Assembly (NCBI GenBank): GCA_964428505.1
Contig: CAYRYQ010000002.1
Span: 454-64,453 of the forward strand
Direction of reading: 5' to 3'
Origin: an uncultured Eubacteriales bacterium
GTDB taxonomy: Bacteria > Bacillota > Clostridia > Oscillospirales > QAKW01
Length of the DNA stretch: 64,000 nucleotides
Positions 1 to 8,114 of the stretch are shown here, piece after piece. The notes under the pieces are model-generated. The model worked only from the letters and a program-made list of their open reading frames with translations. It did no database searches and had not been told where the DNA came from. The first letter of the stretch is position 1; each line of letters opens with the position of its first letter. The translations under genes were made by a program, and so were the position numbers.

Positions 1-564
1 GTTTATGATTAAATAAATTTTTTCCCCGGTCTGCTTATTGGCAATATAATTCAGCCCATACACGGATTTCTGCTGATACGCCGGCTCGAAAAAGAGGCTG
101 TCGTTGCGTTCCTGTTCTGCTTTCTCATGACCATGAAAGATTCCCGGCAATATCAGCTCCTCCTTGGAAACAAGCCTAAAGCGGATATCCGGTTTTTCTG
201 TCAGCGTGAAATAACCGCTGATCTGATGGGGCACAAGCGTCATGGTCTTGCAGGAGGAAAGCTCTGAATTCTTTGCGGTAAACACGATTTTGTTATTCTT
301 GTCAAGAATCAGGAGATCTATGACCTCCCTGCTCTTAAAAGCAAGCGAACTCAGGCTGTCTTTCATCTTTTGCGTGTCCGCCGCATTGCCTCGTTCCAGT
401 TTTTCCTCTATCCATTTATAAGAGATGGCCAGCCCTATTTGATCACGGAACGTATATCCCACAAAGCCGATGGAAACGGCGGCTGCGATCATGCAGCAGA
501 TCAAATACCAGATCGCAATTTTTTTAAAATTCAGTTTTCTTATCAGCGCAACGAGTATATTCAC
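1..564 (-). CDS. membrane-anchored protein of unknown function, partial (3' end lies beyond window start)
   Basis: Hand translation: the minus frame is open from GTG at 564 to position 1 (VNILVALIRKLNFKKIAIWYLICCMIAAAVSIGFVGY...) with one N-terminal TM helix. The GTG overlaps the TGA of the upstream gene. Absent from the ORF track because it runs off the window. Confidence 0.4.
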   Translation of the reverse strand, partial: MNILVALIRKLNFKKIAIWYLICCMIAAAVSIGFVGYTFRDQIGLAISYKWIEEKLERGNAADTQKMKDSLSSLAFKSREVIDLLILDKNNKIVFTAKNSELSSCKTMTLVPHQISGYFTLTEKPDIRFRLVSKEELILPGIFHGHEKAEQERNDSLFFEPAYQQKSVYGLNYIANKQTGEKIYLIIN

Positions 565-848
565 ACCAAAACGCCTCCCCATTTTCTGCTATTTAAAAGG
601 ACAGCTATAAATAGAAGGATACAGAATCCTAAATACGCCGCCACTGGCAAAAATACCATAAAAAGATTCACACCTGCGAAGATCAGCACCGTGGGCAGCA
701 CCACAAAAAGCACACAGGACCACAAAAATAGTTTTGTCCACCTTGCCTCCATTTTTTTCTGCTTGATTGCAAAACACTTTTGATCAATTTCACTCTGAAG
801 ACTGATCAGCATTTTCTCCTCTTTATCCATTGCGGTTTCCTCCTCCAT
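561..848 (-). CDS. small membrane protein, putative anti-sigma factor
   Basis: 95-aa ORF overlapping the 3' end of the ECF sigma gene. It has a short cytoplasmic N-terminus followed by two hydrophobic helices (LFLWSCVLFVVLPTVLIFAGV, VFLPVAAYLGFCILLFIAVLL). The function is assigned from position only, and the start codon is uncertain. Confidence 0.45.
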   Translation of the reverse strand: MEEETAMDKEEKMLISLQSEIDQKCFAIKQKKMEARWTKLFLWSCVLFVVLPTVLIFAGVNLFMVFLPVAAYLGFCILLFIAVLLNSRKWGGVLV

Positions 849-1368
849 TTAAAAATTCATGCCGAAGCTTTTTCATGCCGCTGTGAATACGGCTTTTTAT
901 CGTTTTTGCCTGGGTGTTCTGTTGAGCGGCGATTTGTTCCAGCGTCAATTCCTCAAGATACTTCATCTTGATGGCGGTCGCCTGATGAAAGGGCAGCCGG
1001 TCAATCTGTTTTAATACGTCGTCCAAGTCCAGCTTTTCATAAATTTTTTTCTCAAAGCTGTCGCTCGGAAGATCAACATCATCATTGCCGATCTGTTCAT
1101 GCTTGTTTTTTCTCAGATAATCAATATATAAATGTTTTGAAATCGTTATCAAATAAGTGGAAAAGCTTGCCGGGCCGTGCACATCGAACTTTTCAATATT
1201 TCGGATGATCCGCACAAAGGTATCCTGCGTAAGATCATCAGTCAAACATTCGTTTGCTGTGAGCTTTAGCAAGTATCCGGAAACATACGGATAATAAAAT
1301 ACAATCAACTCGTTAAAAGCGCTTTGATCTCCATTCTGACACGCTTTAATCAGCTTCATTTCGTTCAA
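823..1368 (-). CDS. ECF-type sigma-70 family RNA polymerase sigma factor
   Basis: 181 aa. Region 2-like AFNELIVFYYPYVSGYLLKLT...DLTQDTFVRI and region 4 HTH LEELTLEQIAAQQNTQAKTIKSRIHSGMKKLR. Confidence 0.85.
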   Translation of the reverse strand: MNEMKLIKACQNGDQSAFNELIVFYYPYVSGYLLKLTANECLTDDLTQDTFVRIIRNIEKFDVHGPASFSTYLITISKHLYIDYLRKNKHEQIGNDDVDLPSDSFEKKIYEKLDLDDVLKQIDRLPFHQATAIKMKYLEELTLEQIAAQQNTQAKTIKSRIHSGMKKLRHEFLNGGGNRNG

Positions 1369-1477
1369 AACATCACCCCTTTACTCTACGGGGCCTTTGA
1401 AGGATCTGCTCCATCAAACCATCCCGTACAAAATAAAATGAAAAGAACCGATCCTGCCCTTTATCCTATTTACATGT

Positions 1478-2344
1478 TTACATGCCGACGAAGAGCAATG
1501 CGGTTCCCAGAACAATCGCCGCAAAGCCCGCGAGGGCCTTTTTGCTGAGCTTTTCCTTTAAAATAAAAACCGCCAATGGAATCGTAAACAGAATGCTTAA
1601 TTTATCAATCGGCACAACGATGCAGACTTGCCCGTCCTGCAACGCTTTATAATAGCACAGCCAGGATAGACCAGTTGTTATTCCGGAAAGCACGATAAAA
1701 AGCCAGCTTGTTTGGTCGATGGTTTTGATGTCCCGCTGCTTCCCTTTGATAAAGACCATGAACCACGAAAGAATCAGAACAACAACGGTCCTGATGGCGG
1801 TTCCTAAGTTGGAATCCACATTCTGTATTCCAATTTTACCAAGAATCGAGGTTAAAGCCGCACAAACGGCCGATAGCCCTGCATAAACCAGCCATTTATT
1901 GCTTTTTGTGTCCCCCTTATCCGTTTGCTTTTTTGCAATCACAAGATACGTGCCAATTCCGATTAAAATCAATCCCGACACTTTTGAGATTGTGACCGGC
2001 TCCCCAAGCAAGACAAAGGCAAAGATCATGCTTAATACGGTGCTTGATTTGTCGATAGGGGTAACTTTGTTGACATCTCCAAGTTGGAGCCCCTTAAAAT
2101 AAAGCAGCCAGGAGGCTCCAGTTGCCAACCCCGACAGCGCCAAAAAGATCAGCGTTTTGCTTTCAATGGCAGGAATTGTTTTTTGTGAGCCAGAAATCAA
2201 AACGATCAGCCAGGAGAAAACCAAAATGACGGCCGTTCGAATTGCCGTTGCAAGGCTTGAATCCGTATTCTTTATTCCGATCTTCGCAAGAATTGTTGTC
2301 AATCCCGCAAACAGGGCCGAGCAAAAGGCAAGAAAAATCCACAT
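1478..2344 (-). CDS. DMT/EamA family transporter
   Basis: 288 aa, about 10 TM helices. Two internally similar halves (ILAKIGIKNTDSSLATAIRT / ILGKIGIQNVDSNLGTAIRT) typical of duplicated EamA domains. Confidence 0.75.
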   Translation of the reverse strand: MWIFLAFCSALFAGLTTILAKIGIKNTDSSLATAIRTAVILVFSWLIVLISGSQKTIPAIESKTLIFLALSGLATGASWLLYFKGLQLGDVNKVTPIDKSSTVLSMIFAFVLLGEPVTISKVSGLILIGIGTYLVIAKKQTDKGDTKSNKWLVYAGLSAVCAALTSILGKIGIQNVDSNLGTAIRTVVVLILSWFMVFIKGKQRDIKTIDQTSWLFIVLSGITTGLSWLCYYKALQDGQVCIVVPIDKLSILFTIPLAVFILKEKLSKKALAGFAAIVLGTALLFVGM

Positions 2345-2401
2345 TTATCATCACCGCGCTATATTTTAATGTTGTTGCATGGATGGTTTTAAAACGGTTT
2401 T

Positions 2402-3016
2402 CTATCTTTTCTTACGTTTTCTTTTACGTAACAACCAAATTATAACACTTCCGCAAGCGCATGCCAATAGAATAAAGCAAATGAATGAATAGGTGCTGAC
2501 ATACCCGGCGATCCTGTCCCACTTTTCTCCGGCAAAAGCCCCGAGATTAACAAGCAAAAGGTTCCAGATTGCGGTGCCGAAGGCCGTGTATAATAAAAAT
2601 TTACTCATCTTCATTTTAGTCATCCCTGCCGGAATGGAAATGAGACTTCTGACAATCGGAATGAACCGGCAGAAAAAAACGGTGAAACTGCCCCGCTTTT
2701 GAAACCAATTTTCTGCTTTCTTTATATCCGGTCTACCCACCCGAAGAATAAAACCCCACTTGTCAATGAACTTTGCCAGGCGTTCCGGGGTGACCATACG
2801 GCCGATATAATATAACACGATTGCGCCGGCTACCGAGCCCAGCGTAGCAAAAAACGAAACCAACCAGACGTTCATATTGCTTTTAGTGGTCATAAAACCG
2901 CCAAAGGTCAGGATCACCTCAGATGGAATCGGCGGAAATATATTTTCTATCGCGATCAATAATGCAATGCCTGCATACCCGAACTGATTCATCAGCATGA
3001 TTATCCACCCTTGCAT
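2402..3016 (-). CDS. DedA family membrane protein
   Basis: 204 aa. N-terminal FGYAGIALLIAIENIFPPIPSEVILTFGGF is the DedA/SNARE-associated signature. Basic C-terminal tail. Confidence 0.8.
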   Translation of the reverse strand: MQGWIIMLMNQFGYAGIALLIAIENIFPPIPSEVILTFGGFMTTKSNMNVWLVSFFATLGSVAGAIVLYYIGRMVTPERLAKFIDKWGFILRVGRPDIKKAENWFQKRGSFTVFFCRFIPIVRSLISIPAGMTKMKMSKFLLYTAFGTAIWNLLLVNLGAFAGEKWDRIAGYVSTYSFICFILLACACGSVIIWLLRKRKRKKR

Positions 3017-3017
3017 G

Positions 3018-3644
3018 TTAATGTTGACCGCCCTTTCCGTTTATTTGCCGGCTGTTCCATAGATTAAAGATCAAAATATCCAAAGAAAACCCCATAAACC
3101 ATCCGCCCAGAACATCGCCGGCATAATGCACGCCCAAATAGATCCGGCTATAGCCGATCGCCACGATAAGCATAAGACAAAGCGCCGACAGCCCATACTT
3201 GACCCCTTTATTTTTCACGTATTTGAACAGCAGCAAGATCAGCATGAAATATAACGCCGCATTAATCATGGCGTGTCCGCTAGGAAAGCTATAGCTTGTT
3301 TCATTGATTAAACGAAGTATGTTCGGCCGTTCTCTGGCAAAAAAATTTTTCAGTAGTACATTTAATATACTGGATACAATGACTGCAACAGAGACCGGGA
3401 AAGCAATGGTTCTGCGGGATTTTGGAATCACAATCAGCAACAAGCAAAACAAAATAACGACCGCCGAATCCCCGGTATGGGTGATTACTTTAATAACAGC
3501 CGTTTGTGCGGGCGACATTTTTTCCACCGCTTCACTATAAGCCCAGCCTTCAAAATTTACCGTGATTCCCGCCTGCACACAAACAGCAAGCATGATAAAA
3601 AGAATGCAGGGCACAATGACAAGCCAAATGTTTTTTCTGTTCAT
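3018..3644 (-). CDS. PAP2 superfamily phosphatase (lipid/undecaprenyl-PP phosphatase-like)
   Basis: 208 aa membrane protein with the acid-phosphatase motifs KNFFARERP, SFPSGHA and SRIYLGVHYAGDV. Confidence 0.8.
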   Translation of the reverse strand: MNRKNIWLVIVPCILFIMLAVCVQAGITVNFEGWAYSEAVEKMSPAQTAVIKVITHTGDSAVVILFCLLLIVIPKSRRTIAFPVSVAVIVSSILNVLLKNFFARERPNILRLINETSYSFPSGHAMINAALYFMLILLLFKYVKNKGVKYGLSALCLMLIVAIGYSRIYLGVHYAGDVLGGWFMGFSLDILIFNLWNSRQINGKGGQH

Positions 3645-3764
3645 CGGAGCCTAACCTCCAAAAATTAATTTAGATCCCCCGCAAAAAACGGCCTGTTTTT
3701 TAGCCGCCTTGCGGTTTGCCTTTCATATCATTACACGCGGTTCCAGATGAAAAGTTGATGGCAA

Positions 3765-3799
3765 TAAAAAAATCAGGCGGCAAACCGCCTGATTTTTTT
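3765..3799 (-). terminator. intrinsic terminator (bidirectional shape) downstream of the GNAT gene
   Basis: Perfect stem aatcaggcgg / ccgcctgatt with loop caaa, flanked by an A-run and a T-run. Confidence 0.65.
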
Positions 3800-3951
3800 A
3801 AAATAACTGTAACATTTTGGCCACCTGAATCGTTTAATAGATATCCAGCTTCTTTTATTTGCCAATTCATAACCGGAATCGGCGGCCAGCGCCGCCACTC
3901 ATCAACACGCCTCCTCTCTTCTTATAAAAGAAGGATACCGGCCGCCCCGCG

Positions 3952-4449
3952 CTAAAGGGGACGGCCGGTATCCGCTTTTTCTTCCTTTTCCAGATCATAC
4001 CACATCGGGCGGGTTCTGCGCCCGCTGCCCATCCGTTCCTGAAAGCCGAACTGCCGGTAAAAAGACTGTCCATAGGGCGCCGCGGTCAGGGTCACCGCTC
4101 TGAGCGCGGGGCTCTCCGCCCTCAGCCATTTCAAAACCATGCGCATCAGCGCCGTCGCGATCCCCCGCCGGTGATAGTCCCGGCGGGTAAACACCAGGGA
4201 AATGTGTTTTCTGTTCTCCTCCAAACCGATCAGACAAACAATGTTGTTGCCGTCAAAAGCGCCGAACAGCGGAATTCTTCCCTGCTGACAGCGCAGCTTA
4301 AATCCCGCGTTTTCCGCCATGTTGCGCTTAAAGTCCTCCACACATCCGAATGGATAATCGGGCGCGTCAAACAGGGTGAATACCTCCAGCGCCATATGCA
4401 GCGCATCCTCCACCTCACCGGGGCGTACCGGGCGAAGCTCATAAGCCAT
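3952..4449 (-). CDS. GNAT family N-acetyltransferase
   Basis: 165 aa. Acetyl-CoA binding motif RRDYHRRGIATALMRMV (Q/RxxGxG/A-type). Strong GGAGGGGGGAG Shine-Dalgarno sequence upstream. Confidence 0.75.
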   Translation of the reverse strand: MAYELRPVRPGEVEDALHMALEVFTLFDAPDYPFGCVEDFKRNMAENAGFKLRCQQGRIPLFGAFDGNNIVCLIGLEENRKHISLVFTRRDYHRRGIATALMRMVLKWLRAESPALRAVTLTAAPYGQSFYRQFGFQERMGSGRRTRPMWYDLEKEEKADTGRPL

Positions 4450-4503
4450 GTGTTTCTCCCCCCTCCTCTACGCCAAACCCTATGCACAGGTGGTCTTAAA
4501 AAT

Positions 4504-4536
4504 GCGAAAGCGCGCACTTTCCATGCGCGCTTTCGC
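4504..4536 (-). terminator. intrinsic terminator after prs
   Basis: 13-bp stem gcgaaagcgcgca / tgcgcgctttcgc, followed by a U-rich tract on the transcribed (minus) strand. Confidence 0.6.
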
Positions 4537-4541
4537 CGTGA

Positions 4542-5714
4542 TTATCTTTTTCCCTTGCGGATCAGCAGGGCATTGATCTTCTTGGAAGGATCCAGCAGCT
4601 TGCTGATGGACGCGTCGTGGTTCAGAGTATCCACCACATAGGAAATGTATTTGGAGAGATCCACCGGGCAATACCATTCTCTGGCCTTAAGCTCCGGCGT
4701 GGCGTAGACTGCATTGGTCGTCAGCACCTTTCGGATGCTTCCATTCGCATAGGCCTTGTCAAAATGCTCCAGCCCCTCACAAAAGATACCGAAGGTGGTA
4801 CAGACGTAAATATCGCGGGCCTTCAGCGCTTTCAGCTGCACGGCAAGATCCAGCACACTGTCGCCTGAGGAGATCATATCATCCACAATGATCAGATCCT
4901 TCCCGGCTACGTCCGAGCCCAGATATTCGTGCGCAACAATTGGATTGCGGCCGTTCACCACCCGGGAATAATCCCGCCGTTTATAGAACATTCCCAGATC
5001 CACGCCCAGCACAGAAGAAAAATAGATGCCACGCGCCATGGCGCCCTCATCCGGGCTGATGATCATCAGGTGTTCCGGATCGATCCGGATATCCGGCACT
5101 GCGTTGACCAGCGCCTTGATCATCTGATAGGTGGGCATTACGTTATCAAAGCCATGCACCGGAATGGCGTTTTGCACCCTGGGATCGTGCGCGTCAAAGG
5201 TTATAATGTTGCTGACCCCCATCCCGGCCAGCTCCTGCAAAGCGATGGCGCAGTCCAGCGATTCCCTACCGCTTCTCTTGTGCTGCCGCCCTTCATAGAG
5301 CATCGGCATGATTACCGTGATCCGTTTGGCCTTGCCGGCCGTTGCCGCAATAATCCGTTTGAGGTCTGCATAGTGATCGTCGGGGCTCATGGGCACCTGC
5401 TGCCCATACATTTTGTACTTCAGGCCGTAATTGAATACATCCACGACAATATACAGATCCAGCCCCCGCACCGAGCGGCGGATAACGCCTTTTGCTTCCC
5501 CACTGCCAAAGCGCGGACAACAAACATCGATCAGATAGGTATCTCGCTCATACCCCATAAAAGAAACGCTTCCCTTATGCTCATTTTCCCGCTCCCGCCG
5601 CCATTTCACCAGATATTGATCGATCTTCTCGCCAATTTCTTCGCAGCCGGGCATGGCAATAATACCTAAGGGACCCACGGGGATACTGGTCAACTCCTCC
5701 AAATAATCCGCCAT
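4542..5714 (-). CDS. prs: ribose-phosphate diphosphokinase (long form)
   Basis: PRPP-synthase motifs: RQHKRSGRESL, DAHD, and the PRPP loop LIIVDDMISSGDSV. I place the start at MADYLEEL (GAGGAGG 9 nt upstream) rather than the track start at 5744. Confidence 0.8.
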   Translation of the reverse strand: MADYLEELTSIPVGPLGIIAMPGCEEIGEKIDQYLVKWRRERENEHKGSVSFMGYERDTYLIDVCCPRFGSGEAKGVIRRSVRGLDLYIVVDVFNYGLKYKMYGQQVPMSPDDHYADLKRIIAATAGKAKRITVIMPMLYEGRQHKRSGRESLDCAIALQELAGMGVSNIITFDAHDPRVQNAIPVHGFDNVMPTYQMIKALVNAVPDIRIDPEHLMIISPDEGAMARGIYFSSVLGVDLGMFYKRRDYSRVVNGRNPIVAHEYLGSDVAGKDLIIVDDMISSGDSVLDLAVQLKALKARDIYVCTTFGIFCEGLEHFDKAYANGSIRKVLTTNAVYATPELKAREWYCPVDLSKYISYVVDTLNHDASISKLLDPSKKINALLIRKGKR

Positions 5715-5890
5715 TTTTCTCTTCCTCCTCAACTTCTGTTGCACGATATCTTCTTTCTCTTTTATTTTACTATATTGACGCGCGGTTGTAAAACCCTAAT
5801 TTCATTTTTCCTTAAAATTGCAAAAAATGACAAATGGTTGCCTTATTTATGCGATATTTTATGGCAAAATGATTCAGAAAACCCCGGCCG

Positions 5891-5930
5891 AAAAAAAGTG
5901 CTTTCCCGCCCGAAAGGCAGGAAAGCACTT
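5891..5930 (-). terminator. intrinsic terminator after rhaD
   Basis: Stem agtgctttcc / ggaaagcact immediately 3' of the rhaD stop. The A-run on the plus strand gives a U-run on the transcript. Confidence 0.6.
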
Positions 5931-5934
5931 TTGC

Positions 5935-6753
5935 TCATTTTAACAGCTCTTCGTTTAAAGTCAGATGAAAATCCTTTGCCACCGCCCGAAAATTTTCCGG
6001 CAAAATGGTCTGGCGGATCCCCACGCCACAGCTGAGTGCCTTCACCCGGATTTCCGCCGCCTTTTCCACCGTGTGCATCAGCCCGAAGGTCACATCAAAA
6101 TCCGAGCCGGCACAGAACACCCCGTGGTGCGCCCAGACCGCCACGTCATAGGTTTTCATCAGCTTGGAGGTGGCGTAGGCAATCTCCGCGCCGCCCGGCA
6201 CCATCCAAGGCACTACGCCCACACCGGCCGGAAAAACCACCGGGCATTCGGTGGCGCTCTCCCAAAGGGCCAGCGTGAAATCCTTATCGGTCAGCGGCAG
6301 CACAAAAGTCAGCGCGATGGTATTGGCCGGATGAGCGTGATAGATCACCCGGTAATCCGGCGAAACCGCCGTTTTTACCGCGTGGTTCATCACATGACTG
6401 GGGAATTCGCTGGTGGGCCGACCGCCTGCAATCAGGCCCCAGACCACCTGAAAGGCGGTTCCTTCCGCATTGAGCCTTGCAATGCAAAGGCTTTCCTCCG
6501 GCTTCAAAATAACATTGCGGAAATATTTTCCGCTGCCGGTGGCCACAAAGTAAGCGCCACCCAGATTCGCGGCACATACGCCCAGCTCTACCCAGGGCCC
6601 GTTCTCCTGAAAGGCTTCCCTGCAGGCCGCCACTTCTTCCTCTTTCATCCGGTAGGTAAGGTTGCCGCCGTTGCGCTCATGCCAGTTCTGCTCCCATCCG
6701 TCGTTGGCCATCCGAATAAAGCCCTGCATAAATTCCTGATGTAAAACGTCCAT
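5935..6753 (-). CDS. rhaD: rhamnulose-1-phosphate aldolase (class II aldolase)
   Basis: 272 aa, collinear with my recollection of E. coli RhaD: ERNGGNLT, VTGSGKYFRN, WGL..GRPTSE, HAHPANTIALT, PGGAEI, WAHHGVF. Confidence 0.85.
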   Translation of the reverse strand: MDVLHQEFMQGFIRMANDGWEQNWHERNGGNLTYRMKEEEVAACREAFQENGPWVELGVCAANLGGAYFVATGSGKYFRNVILKPEESLCIARLNAEGTAFQVVWGLIAGGRPTSEFPSHVMNHAVKTAVSPDYRVIYHAHPANTIALTFVLPLTDKDFTLALWESATECPVVFPAGVGVVPWMVPGGAEIAYATSKLMKTYDVAVWAHHGVFCAGSDFDVTFGLMHTVEKAAEIRVKALSCGVGIRQTILPENFRAVAKDFHLTLNEELLK

Positions 6754-6761
6754 TTTATCCG

Positions 6762-8006
6762 TTAACCTCTTTTACTCAATACTTCTTTTTCATAGCGCTG
6801 AATCTCTTTCAGCCAATCTTCTCCCCGCGGCACCTGCTGTTCGGCACAGTAAGCGTCCCAGATCTCCCCGAACGGAAATGTTTTCAGCTCTTCCCGGCGG
6901 ATCATCAGCTCCGTAAAGTTTCCCTGATCCTGCAGTGCCTTGAAGGCTTGCGCCGGCTCCAGCAGCGCATAAAGCAGCGCCTTTTGCATATTACGGGAAC
7001 CCACCACCCAGGCGGCAATCCGGTTAATGGAGGCGTCAAAAAAGTCCAGCCCGATCATCACCTTTTGCAGCCCGCCGCAGCGCACGATTTCCTTGGCAAT
7101 TTCTTTCAGCTCATCGTCCAGCAGCACCACATGGTCACTGTCCCACCGCACCGGGCGGGTCACATGCAGCGGCAGCCGGTCAAAATAGCAAAGCAGTGCA
7201 GGAATCTTATCGCTGACCACCTCGGTGGGATGATAATGCCCGTTGTCCAGCAGATTATACACCCCGGGATGCGACGCGGCATAGGCCAGGTAAAATTCGC
7301 TGGAGCCCACGGTGTAGGATTCCACACCGATCCCGAATACCTTGCTCTCCACGCAGTCCACCACACCGTGCAGCTTTTCTTCAAAAATCTGATTCAGGCT
7401 GTCCTTCAGACGCAGGCGAGGCCCCAGCCGGTCGGCGGGGATATCCTTATAGCCGTCCGGAATCCAGACATTGCACAAACAGTCGGTGCCCAGCTCCTTG
7501 GCAAAATAGGCCGCGATCCGGCGGCAAGCTTTGCCGTGGCGCACCCAGAACGCGCGGATCTCCTCATCCGGATGGCTGAGGGTCAGGCCGTCTGCCGCTT
7601 TGGGGTGACTGAAAAAGGTCGGGTTGAAGTCCAGCCCGATTCCCCGGGATTTGGCATAGTCGACCCAGCGTTTGAAATGCTTCGGCTCCAGCGCGTCCCG
7701 ATCGGCCGGTTCTCCCTCAAAAATGGCATAGCTTGCATGCAGATTCAGCCGCTTTTTGCCTGGGATCAGCGAAAAGGCCTCGTCCAGATCTGCCATCAGC
7801 TCCTCCGGCGAACGGGCCTTGCCGGGATAATTCCCGGTTGCCTGAATGCCGCCGGTCAGTGCACCGCCAACCTTTTCAAATCCGGTCACGTCATCTCCCT
7901 GCCAGCAATGAATGCTGATCGGGATTTCCTTCAAAAGCGCCATCGCTTGCTCCGTGTCCGTTCCCACCGCTTTGTATTGTTCCTTCGCTCGATTCAATCG
8001 TTCCAT
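6762..8006 (-). CDS. rhaA: L-rhamnose isomerase
   Basis: 414 aa, end-to-end similar to E. coli RhaA as I recall it: [68 protein letters not shown]. Confidence 0.9.
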   Translation of the reverse strand: MERLNRAKEQYKAVGTDTEQAMALLKEIPISIHCWQGDDVTGFEKVGGALTGGIQATGNYPGKARSPEELMADLDEAFSLIPGKKRLNLHASYAIFEGEPADRDALEPKHFKRWVDYAKSRGIGLDFNPTFFSHPKAADGLTLSHPDEEIRAFWVRHGKACRRIAAYFAKELGTDCLCNVWIPDGYKDIPADRLGPRLRLKDSLNQIFEEKLHGVVDCVESKVFGIGVESYTVGSSEFYLAYAASHPGVYNLLDNGHYHPTEVVSDKIPALLCYFDRLPLHVTRPVRWDSDHVVLLDDELKEIAKEIVRCGGLQKVMIGLDFFDASINRIAAWVVGSRNMQKALLYALLEPAQAFKALQDQGNFTELMIRREELKTFPFGEIWDAYCAEQQVPRGEDWLKEIQRYEKEVLSKRG

Positions 8007-8114
8007 CGGAATCCTCCTTGCTGTCTTTCTGCTTTTATTTTAAAGGATTGCGGCAATGCGTCAACTTTTTCCGCAAAAGAGAACAAGATCACCGCCCAAA
8101 TATAAAAATTCACC

